From an uncultured Holophagales bacterium (lineage in GTDB: Bacteria > Acidobacteriota > Thermoanaerobaculia > Multivoradales > UBA5704), in contig CAWJGT010000009.1 in assembly GCA_963842525.1 (NCBI GenBank), forward strand, positions 1,856,001 through 1,920,000: a DNA stretch of 64,000 bases, given 5' to 3'. The position numbers and the translations under genes were made by a program. Of the stretch, positions 60,753-64,000 are shown piece by piece (within the stretch, counting starts at the first letter, position 1; each line of letters opens with the position of its first letter). The notes below the pieces were generated by a model that ran no database searches, was not told where the DNA came from, and worked only from the letters and a program-made list of their open reading frames with translations.

Positions 60753-63502
60753 GAGAATGGGAGCACGACGACACGGAACCCAATGAAGTCGCCGCGGTTG
60801 ACCGGCTCGCCCCAGCGGCGGCACGCACAACGGGCGAGCCTGGAGTCGAAGAAGCAAGAGCCGCCGCGGACAACCCGGAGGGATTGCGAAGGTGCTTCGA
60901 GATCCTCACGGCCATCCGTGCTCACGTAGGGATACGCCTTATCGACGCTTCTCGTCCACTCCCAGACATTGCCGCTCATCTCTTCGCATCCGGAGGGGCT
61001 GGCTCCTCCAGGGAAACAACCGACGGCACTGACCTCTCCGACTCCGCTCTCACCAACGTTCGCCCGGTCCGCATCGAAGCCGTCACCCCAGGGGTACCTC
61101 CGCCCATCGGTCCCGCGGGCCGCCTTCTCCCACTCCGCTTCGGACGGCAGGGTGACCACCAGGCGTCCGCTCGCGAGACCTTCCCAGAGGCTCCCCGCGG
61201 CTCCGCTCGTTTTCCTCCTTGGGCCAGGCGCTCCGCCGCCTCGCCTTTCAGCTTCTCTCCCAACCAACGGCAGTAGGCCAGGGCCTCGAACCAGGTGACG
61301 AAGATCGCCGGATGGTTGGGGTGGCCTTCCAGAGCCCTGCGGTCCCCGAGCTTCCAGAGAGGTGTCCGCCACGAAGGTGGAGAGCTGCTGGACCGTCACC
61401 GGGTACCGCGCCATATAAAGGGCCGGCAGGACCACTTCATGCTGCGGTCGCTCGTCTCCATAGCTTTCAGGATCGTCCTTCGCGCTCCCCATCCGGAACG
61501 GCCCGGCGGGGACCGCGACGAAACCCAGGAGCGGATCGCACGGCAGGAACCAGCGGTCCGGGTCGAAACGCGGATCGCCCAGCTTCGCCAGGGTACGGCC
61601 GGCCAGGGCCCGCTCGGTGGCGGGAAACCGGCCGTCGCCGAGGAGGCGGACCAGCCAGCGTCGCAGCCGCTCCAGCTTGGGCCGGTTGGCAGGGCTGACC
61701 TGGGAAAGGTTCGCCGATTCGGCTACCGCCTGGCCGGCGAGCTGGGCTCCCCAGGCGTCGGCCAGGTCGTTCTCCGGCGCGTCCGGCTCCCGCCAGCAGA
61801 GGGCCTCGGCAAGCTGCCAGACGCTCGGCACCGCCCCCCGCGCCGCCTTGGCCCCGGCGAGCAGCACCACCTCCCGCCAGCGCGCCGGATCCTTGCGCGC
61901 GAGCTCCGCCACCCGGTCCGGCCACGTGCGCTCTCCAGTAAGATGGCAGGCCGCCAGGTACTCCTGGAACGTGCGGTGCGGGAACGTGTACACCCCCACC
62001 CCGCGAGGCTCCAGCAGGCCCGCCCGGTCCCGCAGGAATTCGACGAGGAGACCGGGCCTCGTGTCGGGATTCCGGCTCACCCGCAGCAGGCTTGCCACCA
62101 ATTCCTTCTCTTCAAGGTCGGCGGTGCCGGTGGTGTCGCCCTGGGCGCCGTGGCATTCGCAGGCCAGCTCTTCGAGCACGGCGCGGACCTTCTCCCGCCC
62201 CACGTTCAGGAACTCGCTCAGGCTCGGCTGCGGCAGCACCGGCTCGCCGCGGGCGTCGAACCGCACCCGCTGCTTCTCCCAGACGTCGAGCAGGAGGTCG
62301 ACGGCGTTCGCGTAAAGCTCCTCCCGCCGTTCCGGCAGGCTGCCCCCGCGCCACGCATGGAGGCTTGCCATCAGGGTCAACAGCAACGGCCGCCGGGCGA
62401 GGCCCAGCAGGCGGTCCCCGGTAAAGACCGCGCGTTCGAGCAGCACTGCGCGGCCCTGTGCATCTTCCTCCGGGAGCCGGCCGAGTGTGGCCATCTGGGC
62501 ATACCACCGCGAGATGAACCAATGGATCTGCCCGCGGCTGAACGGCGCCAGCTCTCCTTCCGCAAAGCCCGGCAGCTTCCACTCCTGGTTGCGGTAGGCG
62601 TAGGTGCGGCTGGTCAGCAGGACCCGGCACTTCCCCAGGCTCTGGCAGAAGCTCACCACCGCTTGGCGGATCTGCTGGCGGCGCGTCTCCGCCTCCGGTA
62701 CTTCGTCGAGCCCGTCGAACAGCACCAGGCCGCCCTGCGTGAGCAGCTCCTCCTTGAGGTGCGGCAGGTACTCGCCGAGCCCGCACGCCTGCAGGTCGCG
62801 TCCGAGGAAGGCCCAGAGGTGCTGCGCCGTGGCCTCCTTGCCACGCTCCGGCAGCCCTGAGGCCGCGAAATCCCGCAGCACGACCCGCACCGGCAGGAGC
62901 GCCTTATGCCGCCAGGGCTGGGGTTTCTTCTCCCCTTCTTCTTCCTCTCGCGGCAGAGGAGAGCGCAACACCTCCAGGTTCACATCCTTCCGGCCGAAGG
63001 CTTCCCCGGCCAGGCAGAGGGCGACGAAGCTCACGAAGGTGCTCTTGCCGCTTCCCGGGTCCCCTAACAGGACGAGGCGGGGATGCCGGTCGAGCAGCGC
63101 CAGGGCGGAGAGGGGGCGCGGCCGATCCTCAGGGATCCCGGCAGGCCGTCCCTTGGAAAGCTTCTCCTCCACGCTCGTGGTGAGCAAGGCGGTGTAGACG
63201 GCATCGAGCCGCAGCCGCGCCTCACGGTCGTTGGCCAGAGCCGGATCGACTCCCGAGAGGGCCAGGGCCTCGGTCTGGCAGACGAGACGATGCAAGTATG
63301 CCGAGCGGAGCGTGGCTGCGTCCGCCCCCGGACCGGGCCGGACATAGGTGGTGACAATGTCGCGCCCAGCCGCCTGCCCACCCGCCCCGGCTGCCACGCC
63401 GCCGGACTGGACGATGGCGCCCGAGCCCAGGAGCTTGGCCTCCAGGGCGGCCACCTGGGCACGAAGGCGTTCGAGCTCGCTCGCGGAGTCAGGAACGGTC
63501 AT
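60740..63502 (-). CDS. NACHT NTPase + FGE-sulfatase (CLec) domain protein
   Basis: [25 protein letters not shown]; [27 protein letters not shown]; two compensating frameshifts around 61210-61355. Confidence 0.92.
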   Translation of the reverse strand: MTVPDSASELERLRAQVAALEAKLLGSGAIVQSGGVAAGAGGQAAGRDIVTTYVRPGPGADAATLRSAYLHRLVCQTEALALSGVDPALANDREARLRLDAVYTALLTTSVEEKLSKGRPAGIPEDRPRPLSALALLDRHPRLVLLGDPGSGKSTFVSFVALCLAGEAFGRKDVNLEVLRSPLPREEEEGEKKPQPWRHKALLPVRVVLRDFAASGLPERGKEATAQHLWAFLGRDLQACGLGEYLPHLKEELLTQGGLVLFDGLDEVPEAETRRQQIRQAVVSFCQSLGKCRVLLTSRTYAYRNQEWKLPGFAEGELAPFSRGQIHWFISRWYAQMATLGRLPEEDAQGRAVLLERAVFTGDRLLGLARRPLLLTLMASLHAWRGGSLPERREELYANAVDLLLDVWEKQRVRFDARGEPVLPQPSLSEFLNVGREKVRAVLEELACECHGAQGDTTGTADLEEKELVASLLRVSRNPDTRPGLLVEFLRDRAGLLEPRGVGVYTFPHRTFQEYLAACHLTGERTWPDRVAELARKDPARWREVVLLAGAKAARGAVPSVWQLAEALCWREPDAPENDLADAWGAQLAGQAVAESANLSQVSPANRPKLERLRRWLVRLLGDGRFPATERALAGRTLAKLGDPRFDPDRWFLPCDPLLGFVAVPAGPFRMGSAKDDPESYGDERPQHEVVLPALYMARYPVTVQQLSTFVADTSLEARGPQGSGRPPQPSGDLRHLVRGPGLLPLVGREAERRGGGAPGPRRKTSGAAGSLWEGLASGRLVVTLPSEAEWEKAARGTDGRRYPWGDGFDADRANVGESGVGEVSAVGCFPGGASPSGCEEMSGNVWEWTRSVDKAYPYVSTDGREDLEAPSQSLRVVRGGSCFFDSRLARCACRRWGEPVNRGDFIGFRVVVLPFSSGL

Positions 63503-63974
63503 CGCCCCGGGTCCCTCGCCCCGTCCGGCCTGCCGAAATGTCGCCTGTTACACTGCCGCCTACCGCGACGCCTCCTTCACCCACCGCCACCGCGCCAGGA
63601 CCCTGGGCAATGGCGCCCGAGCCGTGGAGAGTCGCCTGATAAGACGTGCCCCGGCCAGCGGAGTCGAGGAGCTTCGCCACCTCGGAAGCCAGATCGGGAT
63701 CGGCTTCGAGGATCTTCCCAAGCTGGCGGCGCAGCCCCGCACGAGCGTCGTCGTCGTCCGGGGCCTCGGCGACCTCCTCCGCCGCTCCGAGGGCGCGGGG
63801 GCTCTCTTCCACCGGCTTGCGAAGCTTCGTCCAAAGCTTGCGGCCGAGCTCGAACGCCTCCTCTCCCACCTTCTTCCCTGCCGCCTTGACGGCCTCCGTG
63901 CCGCCGGTGATCAAGTGAGGCAGAACCGGCGCGAGAGCGATTACCAAGGCATCCGCGAGCAGCTTCAGGTCCAT
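63489..63974 (-). CDS. Small helical (Bell-like) protein with a C-terminal Gly/Ala/Val-rich motif
   Basis: AAAGGAGG RBS; hydrophobic N-terminal helix, helical bundle, tail [23 protein letters not shown]; overlaps the NACHT start. Confidence 0.8.
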   Translation of the reverse strand: MDLKLLADALVIALAPVLPHLITGGTEAVKAAGKKVGEEAFELGRKLWTKLRKPVEESPRALGAAEEVAEAPDDDDARAGLRRQLGKILEADPDLASEVAKLLDSAGRGTSYQATLHGSGAIAQGPGAVAVGEGGVAVGGSVTGDISAGRTGRGTRGDDRS

Positions 63975-64000
63975 GCGGGCCTCCTTTCGGGCTCGTGCGG

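Noticed and set aside
60740-63974. Complete DGR in the window
   Set aside because: No reverse transcriptase, avd or template repeat was found; only target-like features are present.

Overview
GC-rich bacterial chromosomal window. The gene content (GWxTD-VWA protein, XRE-TPR paralogues, Uma2 nuclease, several REP families) suggests Acidobacteriota/Thermoanaerobaculia; that assignment is an inference. About 15 genes carry single-base frameshifts, most likely long-read assembly errors. The window is rich in immune and signalling genes: four TIR genes, three STAND NTPases, and an integrase-less attC cassette array that also holds an integrase+IS91-like element. Best leads: (1) a small helical protein and an overlapping NACHT-CLec (FGE-sulfatase) receptor that share an amyloid-like motif, where the receptor's 3' end looks like a remote DGR hypermutation target (60670-63974); (2) a MerB-like protein with an in-frame UGA at the second catalytic Cys position followed by an fdhF-type SECIS hairpin (4422-5099); (3) two XRE-TPR regulators flanking a small secreted peptide with two C-T-L-D-P-x-G-x-C repeats, an RRNPP-like layout (14552-17943); (4) two non-CRISPR arrays of 7-bp TGNNNCA cores every 20-21 bp, one attached to a ~46-bp element present in three copies. 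No rRNA, tRNA or CRISPR array was seen. All calls come from reading motifs by eye; no database search was run.
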